In this document: positions 51,585 through 61,239 of the stretch, in pieces
Position numbering within the stretch: the first letter of the stretch is position 1
Layout of the letters: the number at the start of each line of letters is the position of its first letter
Virus record (IMG/VR): IMGVR_UViG_3300043093_000048
Span: 32,001 to 96,000 of that record
Source: a virus
Taxonomy: Duplodnaviria; Caudoviricetes
Reading direction: 5' to 3' (one strand)
DNA: 64,000 nucleotides
Notes under the pieces: generated by a model
The model's input: the letters and a program-made list of their open reading frames with translations, nothing else
What the model was told of the DNA's origin: nothing
Database searches by the model: none
Translations under genes and position numbers: made by a program

Positions 51585-51989
51585 TTTACTATTAATTCTG
51601 TTGAAGATTTCAAAATGATTGTAAAAAGAGTTTTAGAAGTTGCTGCAACAGGTGAAAAGGACATAAGAACTGTAAAATCCTTTAACGATAACGATGATGA
51701 CTGGTTTGTAGGAATCGTCATTGAAGATGATGAAGCTCGCAATATGGTTACAATTCAGGGAGGAAGAAATAATGACTATATTGTAGCAGATCTTTTCTTT
51801 AACGTTAAGGAGAAGGATGTAAATCTTCTTATGAATGAAAAGTATTACGGAAACGGTAATCTCTGCCATCTGGTTAGAGTTAATGAAGATTTTACCGCAG
51901 TGCTTTCCATTCGCAGATTTATCGACAATGAAGAAGACTTTGAAGCCCTTGTCGGTACGGTAAAGTTTATGGTTATGAAAACATCATAA
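51582..51989 (+). CDS. Small hypothetical early protein (cassette 3)
   Basis: AAGGAG RBS at the end of the leader. Confidence 0.75.
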   Translation: MFTINSVEDFKMIVKRVLEVAATGEKDIRTVKSFNDNDDDWFVGIVIEDDEARNMVTIQGGRNNDYIVADLFFNVKEKDVNLLMNEKYYGNGNLCHLVRVNEDFTAVLSIRRFIDNEEDFEALVGTVKFMVMKTS

Positions 51990-52113
51990 TCTAAACAATA
52001 AAAAATAACGGCACTCTTACATATTCATCAAGCTGTTTTAAATTGAATTGTAGAGTGTCGTTATATTATTCACATACGCCTAAAAAATTAATTTTATTAA
52101 AGGAGAAAAAAAA

Positions 52114-52335
52114 ATGAACAATATCTTTGAAATGAACAACAATAACATGATGAGTGACCTGAACAAGGTCTTTGAAGCAAACAGAAAGCAGGATGAAAAA
52201 ATGGCGGAGAATATCCGTAACATGACAGGAAATAAAAAGCCTGCAACTGAAGCCATCAAAAATCTTTGGGAGCGTTATGCTCTTGAAGGAAATATTGAAG
52301 GTATGGAAAAACTCGAACGAGTTTATTCTATCTAA
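52114..52335 (+). CDS. Small hypothetical protein
   Basis: AAAGGAG RBS; terminator at 52346-52378. Confidence 0.65.
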   Translation: MNNIFEMNNNNMMSDLNKVFEANRKQDEKMAENIRNMTGNKKPATEAIKNLWERYALEGNIEGMEKLERVYSI

Positions 52336-52429
52336 CAACTTCAATGTACCCCCTTTAATTAGGGGGTATTTTTTTTTTCATTAAAGTTTAAATATTTATA
52401 TTATTATTAAGCAAAGGAGTTGATTTATA

Positions 52430-53368
52430 ATGTCAAAAAAGTATACTATTGATGATATTAAAGAAATGATTTATAATAAATATAATGGAGAATATATTTG
52501 TTTATCAAATGAATATAAAAATAATAAAGAGAAAATTAAGATAAAGCATAATATATGTAATAATATATTTGAAATGAGAAGTGGTAATTTTTTAAATAAT
52601 AATAATCGTTGTCCTTACTGTAAGAATAAAAATGATGGAAAAACTAATAAAACAGTTACTAAAATGACTAAAGAAGATTTTATTAAACGTTTAGATAATG
52701 ATTATGAGTTAGTCAGTGATTTTATTAATTTAAAAACTAATGTAGACTTATTACATAAATCATGTGGTAATATTTATAATGTAAGACCCGATAATTTTTT
52801 ATATAATAATCATAGATGTGAATGTACTAGAGTTAAGCATAAATATACAATAGAAGATATTCAAAAGTATTTTAATAAAATAAATGACTATGAACTAATT
52901 TCTAAAGAATATGTCAATAAAAATGAAAAATTAAAAATTAAGCATTTATCATGTGATAATATATTTGAAATGTCATTAAATGATTTTAAGAATAATAATT
53001 ATAGATGTCCTAAATGTAAAGCATCTAAAGGAGAAAATAATGTAAGAACTTTTCTATTAAATAATAATATTAAATTTACTGAGCAAAAGCGTTTCAATGA
53101 TTGTAAAGATAAAAGAACTTTACCGTTCGATTTTTATTTAGAAGATTATAATATCTGTATAGAATATGATGGTGAATTACATTATAATAAAGCTAGATAT
53201 AAAAATGATGAAGAATATAATCAGGATAAATTAAATATTACTAAAAAACATGATGAAATTAAAAATGAATATTGTAGAGTAAATAATATAAGACTTATTA
53301 GGATTCCATATACAGAGTTTGGTAATATTGAAAAGATTCTTAAAAAGGAGTTGAATATTAATGCCTAG
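52430..53368 (+). CDS. Zinc-ribbon-repeat/Vsr-like endonuclease, tandem copy 1 (3 repeats)
   Basis: KHxxC...RCPxC repeats; LPFDFYL...IEYDGELH. Confidence 0.82.
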   Translation: MSKKYTIDDIKEMIYNKYNGEYICLSNEYKNNKEKIKIKHNICNNIFEMRSGNFLNNNNRCPYCKNKNDGKTNKTVTKMTKEDFIKRLDNDYELVSDFINLKTNVDLLHKSCGNIYNVRPDNFLYNNHRCECTRVKHKYTIEDIQKYFNKINDYELISKEYVNKNEKLKIKHLSCDNIFEMSLNDFKNNNYRCPKCKASKGENNVRTFLLNNNIKFTEQKRFNDCKDKRTLPFDFYLEDYNICIEYDGELHYNKARYKNDEEYNQDKLNITKKHDEIKNEYCRVNNIRLIRIPYTEFGNIEKILKKELNINA

Positions 53369-54095
53369 AAAATTAACTTATAAAGAAGTTAAAGATATTA
53401 TAGAAGAAAATGGTGAATATACTTTATTATCTAAAGAGTATTTAAATAATAGACAGCATTTATTAATAAGACATAATTGTAATAAATGTAATAATAATAT
53501 CTTTGAAAGAAGTCTTTATGTATTTCAAGCAGGTAAAAAATGTCATAAATGTGCTATAATAAATAGAACTAAATTAAAAACTAAAACTACTGAAGAATTT
53601 AAAGATGATATTAAAAGAATATTTAATGATGAAATGGAAGTTATAGGAGATTATAAAAATAATAAAACTAAAATATTAATGTATAGTAGAAAGTGTGGTC
53701 ATTATTTTGAAGGGTATCCTATAAATCTTTTAAAAGGTTGTGGATGTAATATATGTACTATAAGATCTAAAGGTAATGAAAAAATAGATTCTATATTAAA
53801 TGAATTAAATATAAATCATAAGTCTGAATATAAATTTGAAGATTGTAAATATAAAAGAACTTTATCATTTGATTTTTACTTAGAAGATTATAATATCTGT
53901 ATAGAATATGATGGAGAACAACATTATTCTAAGAATACTTTTAGATATGGTGAAAAATTTGAAGAACAACAAAAACGTGATAATATTAAGAATAATTATT
54001 GTAAAACAAACAATATAAAACTTATTAGAATTCCTTATACTGAATTCGATAATATTGAAAACATTCTTAAAGAGAATATAAAAGGAGAAAAATAA
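53361..54095 (+). CDS. Zinc-ribbon-repeat/Vsr-like endonuclease, tandem copy 2 (2 repeats)
   Basis: FDFYL...IEYDGEQH; start overlaps the previous gene. Confidence 0.82.
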   Translation: MPRKLTYKEVKDIIEENGEYTLLSKEYLNNRQHLLIRHNCNKCNNNIFERSLYVFQAGKKCHKCAIINRTKLKTKTTEEFKDDIKRIFNDEMEVIGDYKNNKTKILMYSRKCGHYFEGYPINLLKGCGCNICTIRSKGNEKIDSILNELNINHKSEYKFEDCKYKRTLSFDFYLEDYNICIEYDGEQHYSKNTFRYGEKFEEQQKRDNIKNNYCKTNNIKLIRIPYTEFDNIENILKENIKGEK

Positions 54096-54096
54096 A

Positions 54097-55020
54097 ATGT
54101 CAAGAAAATATACTATAGAAGAAGTTAAAAATATGATTCATGATAAATATAATAGTGAATATATTTGTATATCGGAAGAATATATTAATAATAAAGAAAA
54201 GATTAAAATTAAACATTTGAAATGTAATAATATATTTGAAATGAGATTAAATAATTTCTTATTAGGTAATAAATGTCCTTACTGTAAGAATAAAAATGAT
54301 GGAAAAACTAATAAAACAGTTAAGAAAATGACTAAAGAAGACTTTATTAATAAATTAGACGATGATTATGTATTAATAGGAGATTTTATTAATCTTAAAA
54401 CTAATGTAAATCTATTACATAAAACTTGTGGCAATATTTATAATGTAAGACCTGGAAATTATCTTTATAATAATCATCGTTGTAACTGTACTAGAACTAA
54501 ACATAAGTATACTATTGAAGATATTCAAGAATTCTTTAATAAAATAGATGATTATGAATTAATTTCTAAAGAATATGTAAATACAATTAGTAAAATTAAA
54601 ATAAAGCATTTAAAATGTAATAATATATTTGAAATGAGATTTAATGACTTTAAAAATAATAATAATAGATGTCCTAAATGTAGTTCTTCAAAAGGTGAAA
54701 ATATTATAAGAACTTTTCTATTAAATAATAATATTGGTTTTATTGAACAAAAATGCTTTGAAGATTGTAAAGATAAAAGAGTATTACCATTTGATTTTTA
54801 TTTAGAGGATTATAATATACTTATTGAATATGACGGTGAATTACATTATAAAGAAAGTAGATATAAAAATAGTCAAGATAAATTAAATATTATTAAAAAT
54901 CATGATAATATTAAGAATAATTATTGTAAGGAAAATAATATAAAACTTATTAGAATACCTTATATAGAATTTAATAATATTGAAGAAATTCTTAAAAAGG
55001 AGTTGAATGTAAATGGGTAA
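54097..55020 (+). CDS. Zinc-ribbon-repeat/Vsr-like endonuclease, tandem copy 3 (3 repeats)
   Basis: Repeat region close to copy 1; nuclease-coding DNA partly identical to copy 4. Confidence 0.82.
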   Translation: MSRKYTIEEVKNMIHDKYNSEYICISEEYINNKEKIKIKHLKCNNIFEMRLNNFLLGNKCPYCKNKNDGKTNKTVKKMTKEDFINKLDDDYVLIGDFINLKTNVNLLHKTCGNIYNVRPGNYLYNNHRCNCTRTKHKYTIEDIQEFFNKIDDYELISKEYVNTISKIKIKHLKCNNIFEMRFNDFKNNNNRCPKCSSSKGENIIRTFLLNNNIGFIEQKCFEDCKDKRVLPFDFYLEDYNILIEYDGELHYKESRYKNSQDKLNIIKNHDNIKNNYCKENNIKLIRIPYIEFNNIEEILKKELNVNG

Positions 55021-55933
55021 AAAATTTACTTATACAGAGGTTAAAAATATTATAGAAAAAGAAAATGGATATATTCTAATATCTGAAGAATATATTAATA
55101 ATAGACAAAAATTAAAAATAAAACATTTAGAATGTAATAATCTATTCGAAATGGCATTTACAAATTTTTATAATTCTGGTAATAGATGTCCTTATTGTGC
55201 AAATAAAATAAGAAATAGAAATAATAAATATAAAATAAGTGATATAAATAGTTATATGAAAAAATTTGGTTATGAATGTTTATCGAAAGAATATCAAAAT
55301 TACCGACAAAAATTAAAAATAAAACATTTAGAATGTAATAATATATTTGAAATGACTTTTGATAATTTTAAAAATGGTAAAAATCGTTGTCCTTACTGTT
55401 CTAATCATATTAAATATACTATAGAAGATGTTAAGAAAATAATTAAAGATAAAGATCCTGATTATGAATGTTTGTCAGAAGAATATATTAACAATAAAAC
55501 TAATTTAAAAATTAAACATCTTAAATGTAATAATATTTATGAAGTAAATTTAAATAATTTTTTGAATAAAGAAAATAGATGTCCTTATTGTAAGACTTCT
55601 AAAGGAGAAAAAATTATAAATGATTATTTATTAAAGAATAATATAAAATTTATAAGAGAATATAAATTTGAAAATTGTAAAGATAAAAGAGTATTACCAT
55701 TTGATTTTTATTTAGAGGATTATAATATACTTATTGAATATGACGGTGAATTACATTATAAAGAAAGTAGATATCGTGATTCTAAATATAATAAAGATAA
55801 ATTAAATAAACAAATATTACATGATAATATTAAAAATGAATATTGTAAAAATAATCATATAAAACTTATTAGAATACCGTATACAGAATTTAATAATATT
55901 GAAGAAATTCTTAAAGAAGAATTAAATTTGTAA
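55013..55933 (+). CDS. Zinc-ribbon-repeat/Vsr-like endonuclease, tandem copy 4 (3 repeats)
   Basis: KHLxC...NRCPYC x3; LPFDFYL...IEYDGELH. Confidence 0.82.
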   Translation: MGKKFTYTEVKNIIEKENGYILISEEYINNRQKLKIKHLECNNLFEMAFTNFYNSGNRCPYCANKIRNRNNKYKISDINSYMKKFGYECLSKEYQNYRQKLKIKHLECNNIFEMTFDNFKNGKNRCPYCSNHIKYTIEDVKKIIKDKDPDYECLSEEYINNKTNLKIKHLKCNNIYEVNLNNFLNKENRCPYCKTSKGEKIINDYLLKNNIKFIREYKFENCKDKRVLPFDFYLEDYNILIEYDGELHYKESRYRDSKYNKDKLNKQILHDNIKNEYCKNNHIKLIRIPYTEFNNIEEILKEELNL

Positions 55934-55938
55934 TAAAA

Positions 55939-55975
55939 TTCCCCTAAGACTTTTATAGTCTTAGGGGTTATTTTT
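55939..55975. terminator. Bidirectional terminator between the nuclease array and the capsid gene
   Basis: CCCCTAAGACT/AGTCTTAGGGG hairpin. Confidence 0.8.
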
Positions 55976-56021
55976 ATAGTTGGAATATTTTTATAATATT
56001 TTATAAAAATTCTATATAAAA

Positions 56022-57791
56022 TTAAACTCTATCGTAAACAGAACCATCATTATTCTTAATAATGATCTTTGCAATAATAGGTACGTATTCTTCTAATGTA
56101 TCACGCTTTGTGAGCATTATAGATGGTACATTAGCGTTAACAGTATTTAAATAATTCTTAACAACGTTGAATGTATATGGATAATATTCGAATGTCTTGA
56201 ATTTATCGGTTGTTGGAACGAAGAACATAGTTAACTCGCCCTGTGGAATTAAGTCAGAAGAAATAATAGTATACTTATTAGCACCAGAAATAGCACCAAT
56301 AGAATATTGAACTTCTACACCGTTCTGCTGATCATTTACAGAATTAAATGACCAAGAAACGTTAGGAAGAATATTTGTATCAATTGGATTACCAATAATT
56401 ACAAAGTAACCATTATAGCACTTATAATCGCCACGCATCTTAGTAGCAAGTAAATCAAATAACTTCTTAAGTTCATTTAACCATTCAGAAGGATTCATTG
56501 CAAAGTGACCAGAAGGATATACATTAAAGCTCTTTCTATACTGAGCTTCAGTACCTTCATAAGCTCTCATTAAGAACTGATAAATTCTCTGGTCTAACTT
56601 CTGAGCACAAACATTAGACATGATATCGATTAATTCAGCAGCGCCATCAACCTGATACATAGCCTTTACGTCCTGAAGGAATTCAAGAGGTAAGGATGCT
56701 TCAATGTGTTCGCCTGTTCCGATTTCGATATCCTTCTTATCCATTTCAAAGTCAACGTTGGTAGACTTCTGATGTGTTTCAGAAGATAAGAATGCCATTA
56801 CACGAACCTTAGTAGCTCTACCAGACATAGAAACGAATTCTAAGAAACCATTTTCAAGATCTACAGAACCAAATACAGTATCCTTAACAGGAGTTAAATT
56901 ACCATCCTTATCATATTCAGTAAAGAATACGTCAGAATAAATTCTTCTGTAAAGGTCAACCTTTGCATTAACCTTAATAGGAGTTTCTACATAAGTACCA
57001 TCTGCACCACATACTGGATAGTAAACATCTGTTACAACAAACTTTCTATCTACAGCATAACGAGCATCGTTTGTAGGATTCTTATGATCAAAGATTGTAG
57101 AACCTGTAAATAAGTTAAATCTTTCAATCTTACCACCCTCTGCAAGAGCGATTACACCCTTATCAATAGGAGTAGCAGCTGTCTTATCATCTGTAGCTTC
57201 ATAAGTATAAGTACCATCAGCTTCAGAAATAGTAATAGTAGAATAGAACTTAGTTTCTGCAGGATCACCATCAAAATCAGGATTCTGAGCTACACCATCA
57301 TTCATAGGAAGCTGATAAAGTTCAGCTAATTCATTATCCTGCATATTAATAGATTCTGGTAAGTAATGCTTTGTCTTACCATCTGCGCCTAAAATATATG
57401 GCTTCATAAATGCTACAGAGAATGCAGGAACTGTTACTGGCTCAGTTGGAACTGCATACTTTAAGCTTAAACGTGCCCAAAGCTTAACAAGAATAGGCAT
57501 TGTTAAAGAAGCATAAGGCTGTACGCCTTCTAAAGATTCAGTTAAAATAGATTCTCTTGTAGAATCTGCCATTTCATGGATCTGAGCACATTCAGTAGCT
57601 TCAAAACCTTCACAAAGATGGCTCATATAATCCTCATATAAAACATTGTCAGTTAAAATATCTTCAAAATTCTTACCAATGATGTTTGTCTGATGTCTCT
57701 GAGCAAAGTAATCCTGTGTCTCAGAAAGTCTTCTAGAGAAAGCATCCTGTGGTGAAGATGTAGTAACTTTCTTTTGATAAATTACACTCAT
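56022..57791 (-). CDS. Major capsid protein precursor
   Basis: gp23-like layout (ILTE|S propeptide junction, LTMPILVK, TEPV, LEFLQDVKAMYQVDG, gp23-like C-terminus); highly biased codons; late motif 57899-57910. Confidence 0.8.
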   Translation of the reverse strand: MSVIYQKKVTTSSPQDAFSRRLSETQDYFAQRHQTNIIGKNFEDILTDNVLYEDYMSHLCEGFEATECAQIHEMADSTRESILTESLEGVQPYASLTMPILVKLWARLSLKYAVPTEPVTVPAFSVAFMKPYILGADGKTKHYLPESINMQDNELAELYQLPMNDGVAQNPDFDGDPAETKFYSTITISEADGTYTYEATDDKTAATPIDKGVIALAEGGKIERFNLFTGSTIFDHKNPTNDARYAVDRKFVVTDVYYPVCGADGTYVETPIKVNAKVDLYRRIYSDVFFTEYDKDGNLTPVKDTVFGSVDLENGFLEFVSMSGRATKVRVMAFLSSETHQKSTNVDFEMDKKDIEIGTGEHIEASLPLEFLQDVKAMYQVDGAAELIDIMSNVCAQKLDQRIYQFLMRAYEGTEAQYRKSFNVYPSGHFAMNPSEWLNELKKLFDLLATKMRGDYKCYNGYFVIIGNPIDTNILPNVSWSFNSVNDQQNGVEVQYSIGAISGANKYTIISSDLIPQGELTMFFVPTTDKFKTFEYYPYTFNVVKNYLNTVNANVPSIMLTKRDTLEEYVPIIAKIIIKNNDGSVYDRV

Positions 57792-57898
57792 GGTATCTCA
57801 CCTAAGATGAAATTATTATCATCTTATTTTTTCCTTTCTTTTAAAGTAATAAATTATATAAATAAACTAAAAAAATTATAAATTATATAAATTAATAA

Positions 57899-57910
57899 TA
57901 AATTTATGTT
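57899..57910 (-). promoter_or_regulatory. Late promoter motif AACA-N6-TA upstream of the capsid gene (representative of about 16 sites)
   Basis: Minus strand AACA TAAATT TA; matches the AR9 late consensus. Confidence 0.7.
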
Positions 57911-57921
57911 AAGCTCTTTAA

Positions 57922-59280
57922 TTAGTTAAATATCTTTTTAACAACTGTTTTTCCTAATTGTTCACCACTACCTCTTAATAATGATTGTTTAAAGGTTTGT
58001 GATAAATCATGTCTATCCTGTCTTTTTTCTTCTTCTGCTTCTTCTTTTTTACGTTTTTCTCTAAGGTATTCTTTTTTTTCTTCAGCAGTCATATTTTTCA
58101 TTTTTTCTGCTTCTTTTTTCTTTTCTTCTTCTTTCTTTTTAGCTTTTTCTTTTTCCATTTCTTCTACTTTAGCTTTTCTCTTTTCTTCTTCAGCTTTAAT
58201 ACCATTTATAGCAGCTTTAGTATAAACAGAAATATGTTTCTTAGCTTGTTCAAACGCATTTTCATCTAAAGGCTCTAAACCTCTAGATTCCATCATAATA
58301 CAATATGAATTATATGATTTAATTTTAAAGTTTTCATCATATTCTAATGCTTCTAAATAATTATCCATATCATAAGAAGATACACTCATTAGTTCTTCAC
58401 AAACTGGATTTAGATGTTTATTAAATCCCATTTTTTCATATATTTTATTTCTATCATGTCTATCTTTCTGATCTTTATCAACTTTTCTATCTAATTTACG
58501 ATTAGCCCTGCTTGGATCGCCATTTATTTTATGTCTAATTTCATTTCCTGCAAAAGCAGCACCTAAAGTAGTAGCAGTTCCTAATATAACTTTTTTCTTT
58601 AATGCTTTCTTATCATTTTTCCATTCTTTATAAGATTTATAATTTTTATTACCTTTAGCTTTTTCTCTTTGTTTATATTCATTATAACTTTCTTTATCTT
58701 TAGACTCATTAAAATAATTATTATAATAATTTAATAATTCTGATTCTGTAAAGTTTTCATATAAATAAATATATAAACTTTCATTTAAATCTTGTTTTAA
58801 AGCTTGTTTGGTATCTCTAAATTTTTTCTTTCCTTCTTTTTTTCCAATAAGTCTACCTGTTTTTGTAGCATATCTTTGTGTCTGTTTTCCATAAGCTCTA
58901 ATTTGTTTTTCTTGAGCTCTTTGATTAATTCTAGCTTGTTTTCTCATCATTCTAGCATTATGTGCATTTTGTTTTTTACGTATATTTTCAGCAGTTTTAT
59001 CTTCATCTTTATTATCATGCATTTTTTTAAGACCAACACCAGTAGCTGCTACCGCACCTAAAGCAGCTAATCTTTTTAAACGTTTTTTACGTTTTACTTC
59101 ATCTTTATAGCCTTCGGGAGATTTAGCTATTTTACCTTTTGCAGCTTGTTGATTGCGATAATCTATATATCTAGGATCATTTTCTTTTTTATTTTTTTTA
59201 ATTCCATGACTTAATAAACCATCATCCTCTTTATCTTCTTCTTTATTTTTATTAAAAATACCTTCATTATAATAATACAT
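57922..59280 (-). CDS. Putative internal head polyprotein-like protein (basic modules with Ala/Gly segments, LxE-rich spacers)
   Basis: YNE|G start; LAALGAVAATGVG and ILGTATTLGAAFAG segments; late AACT motif 59308-59319. Confidence 0.55.
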   Translation of the reverse strand: MYYYNEGIFNKNKEEDKEDDGLLSHGIKKNKKENDPRYIDYRNQQAAKGKIAKSPEGYKDEVKRKKRLKRLAALGAVAATGVGLKKMHDNKDEDKTAENIRKKQNAHNARMMRKQARINQRAQEKQIRAYGKQTQRYATKTGRLIGKKEGKKKFRDTKQALKQDLNESLYIYLYENFTESELLNYYNNYFNESKDKESYNEYKQREKAKGNKNYKSYKEWKNDKKALKKKVILGTATTLGAAFAGNEIRHKINGDPSRANRKLDRKVDKDQKDRHDRNKIYEKMGFNKHLNPVCEELMSVSSYDMDNYLEALEYDENFKIKSYNSYCIMMESRGLEPLDENAFEQAKKHISVYTKAAINGIKAEEEKRKAKVEEMEKEKAKKKEEEKKKEAEKMKNMTAEEKKEYLREKRKKEEAEEEKRQDRHDLSQTFKQSLLRGSGEQLGKTVVKKIFN

Positions 59281-59319
59281 CTTCTCACCTTCTCCATTTA
59301 AAATTAATAATAAATAGTT

Positions 59320-61239
59320 TTAAGCATAAGTACCATCAAAACCACTTAATGTATTATTTTTCTTCTCATTGATCTTTGAAAATGGTGAATCTAATTTTAA
59401 TTCTAGTTTCTGCAATATTTTTTTATCACTAGAAACTTTCATTAATTTTTCCATTTTCTTTATTTGTTCTTGAATTTCTTTTTTCTGCTTCGGATTTAAT
59501 TTATCACCATTTTTATTTAATTCTTGTTTATATAATTCTAATATTTTTTTACATCTTGTAATATTAGAAGGATGACAATCTATAAAATACATTCCCATAT
59601 AAGATGTAAATAAAGTATATATTTTAGAAAGAGATGTAAGAACATCTAAAGAATTCATTGGATTATCTGAAATGGCTTCTAACCCAGTGTAGAGATCTTT
59701 ACCATAACCATGTTTAGCTGCAAAAGCATCTGCATATTTTTCAGCCTGATAGTCTAAAGTAAGAAGACCTGCTGAACCAACGTCTTTAAATAAAGATTTT
59801 ATTACTTTCATTAATATAATTTTAATAACTAATTTTATAGGTGTAAGTATTATATTTAATGTTTTATTAATTGCACCAAAGACTTCTCTAAAGCCACCAA
59901 TAATTTTATTAAATACAGTTAAATTAAGTTGTAATTTATCTCCAATAATATCATAAGATCCTGGATTAGATAACCAAACTAAAGTTTTATAAATAAATTC
60001 TTTTTGTTTAGTTGGAAGAAATTCTAATGGCATTTTAAATAATGTTTCAATTAAAAATTCTAATAAATCTTTTGTATATTCTCTAAAAGCACCTTCAGAA
60101 TTATTTAATAAAAATTTCCAAGTTATTTCTAAAATACCATCGACTATATTTTTACTACTATTATAACGAATATATTCTTTTCGTACAAAGAAATTATGTC
60201 CTATTTCATGAAGAAATATTGCATTAACTTCTTCTTTAGTAAGTTCACCTGTTAATAATTTAGGATAAATATAGATATTAATTTTTTTATCAGTTGAATC
60301 TTTAAATTTAATTCCTTCAGAATTTTCAACTAAATCATAATTCTGCTTTTTAGTTTTACTAGCAACATTAATCCAATTTATAGTAAAAGCATTTTGAACG
60401 CCATAATTACTACCAATATGAATATTTAATTTTTCTAAATTAAAATATTTTTCTAATTTAGCTTCAGCTTTTCTAATATCATTTTTATATTTATATGGAT
60501 TTTCATTATGACTAACTGCATAAATAAGTTTTTCCCATAATTCATCTTCTATTTCTTTCATTGTATTGGATTTTCCATAGAAAGCTTCATTATAATAATT
60601 ATCTTCTTTTAAACTTGTTGCAGTATTATAAGCTCCTAATCCAGTAGTGAAAACTGAAGCACCTGCAGCAATTGCTAATTGTTTATTTTGTTTCTTTAAT
60701 TCGTTAATTCTATTATTCTTCCAAATACTAAAGCTTTCTTTTGAACCAGATTGTTTATAAAGCTTTTTAGCTTCACTATTATTATTTAATAATTTTAATT
60801 CTTTATTATTTTTTACTAATGTTTTAAAACTATAAACAGATCCTGCAGCTCCTGCTCCAGTTATAGCTAAATTTTTAGATACTTTTCCAACATTTCTACC
60901 GTTTATATTGAAATTATTAAAATTAACATTTGATATGTTTGGAGCTATATATTTACCTTTTTTATTTAAAGTATTATAAGCTCCTAATCCAGTAGCTCCT
61001 ACTACACCTAAATTACTATATCTTAAATTTTTAATTTGTCCGTTTAAATACATTTTTCTTTCTGAAAGCCATTTAGAATAAGGTTTTTCACTTCCAGAAT
61101 CTCTATATATTTTTTTAGCTTCTGTAGGATTATTTAATAATTTTAATTCTTTTTTTAAATTAGCAAGTTCTAATGTATTAGCAGCACCTGCAGTAGCAGC
61201 CAAACCCATAGTACCTAATCCTATTTGTTGTCTAGTCAT
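59320..61239 (-). CDS. Zinc metallopeptidase (M48-like) fused to duplicated basic/hydrophobic head-protein modules
   Basis: HEIGH, EKYADAFA..HGYG, HPSN..R; two N-terminal KELKLLNN..EAKK.Y..SGS modules; late AACT motif 61271-61282. Confidence 0.7.
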   Translation of the reverse strand: MTRQQIGLGTMGLAATAGAANTLELANLKKELKLLNNPTEAKKIYRDSGSEKPYSKWLSERKMYLNGQIKNLRYSNLGVVGATGLGAYNTLNKKGKYIAPNISNVNFNNFNINGRNVGKVSKNLAITGAGAAGSVYSFKTLVKNNKELKLLNNNSEAKKLYKQSGSKESFSIWKNNRINELKKQNKQLAIAAGASVFTTGLGAYNTATSLKEDNYYNEAFYGKSNTMKEIEDELWEKLIYAVSHNENPYKYKNDIRKAEAKLEKYFNLEKLNIHIGSNYGVQNAFTINWINVASKTKKQNYDLVENSEGIKFKDSTDKKINIYIYPKLLTGELTKEEVNAIFLHEIGHNFFVRKEYIRYNSSKNIVDGILEITWKFLLNNSEGAFREYTKDLLEFLIETLFKMPLEFLPTKQKEFIYKTLVWLSNPGSYDIIGDKLQLNLTVFNKIIGGFREVFGAINKTLNIILTPIKLVIKIILMKVIKSLFKDVGSAGLLTLDYQAEKYADAFAAKHGYGKDLYTGLEAISDNPMNSLDVLTSLSKIYTLFTSYMGMYFIDCHPSNITRCKKILELYKQELNKNGDKLNPKQKKEIQEQIKKMEKLMKVSSDKKILQKLELKLDSPFSKINEKKNNTLSGFDGTYA

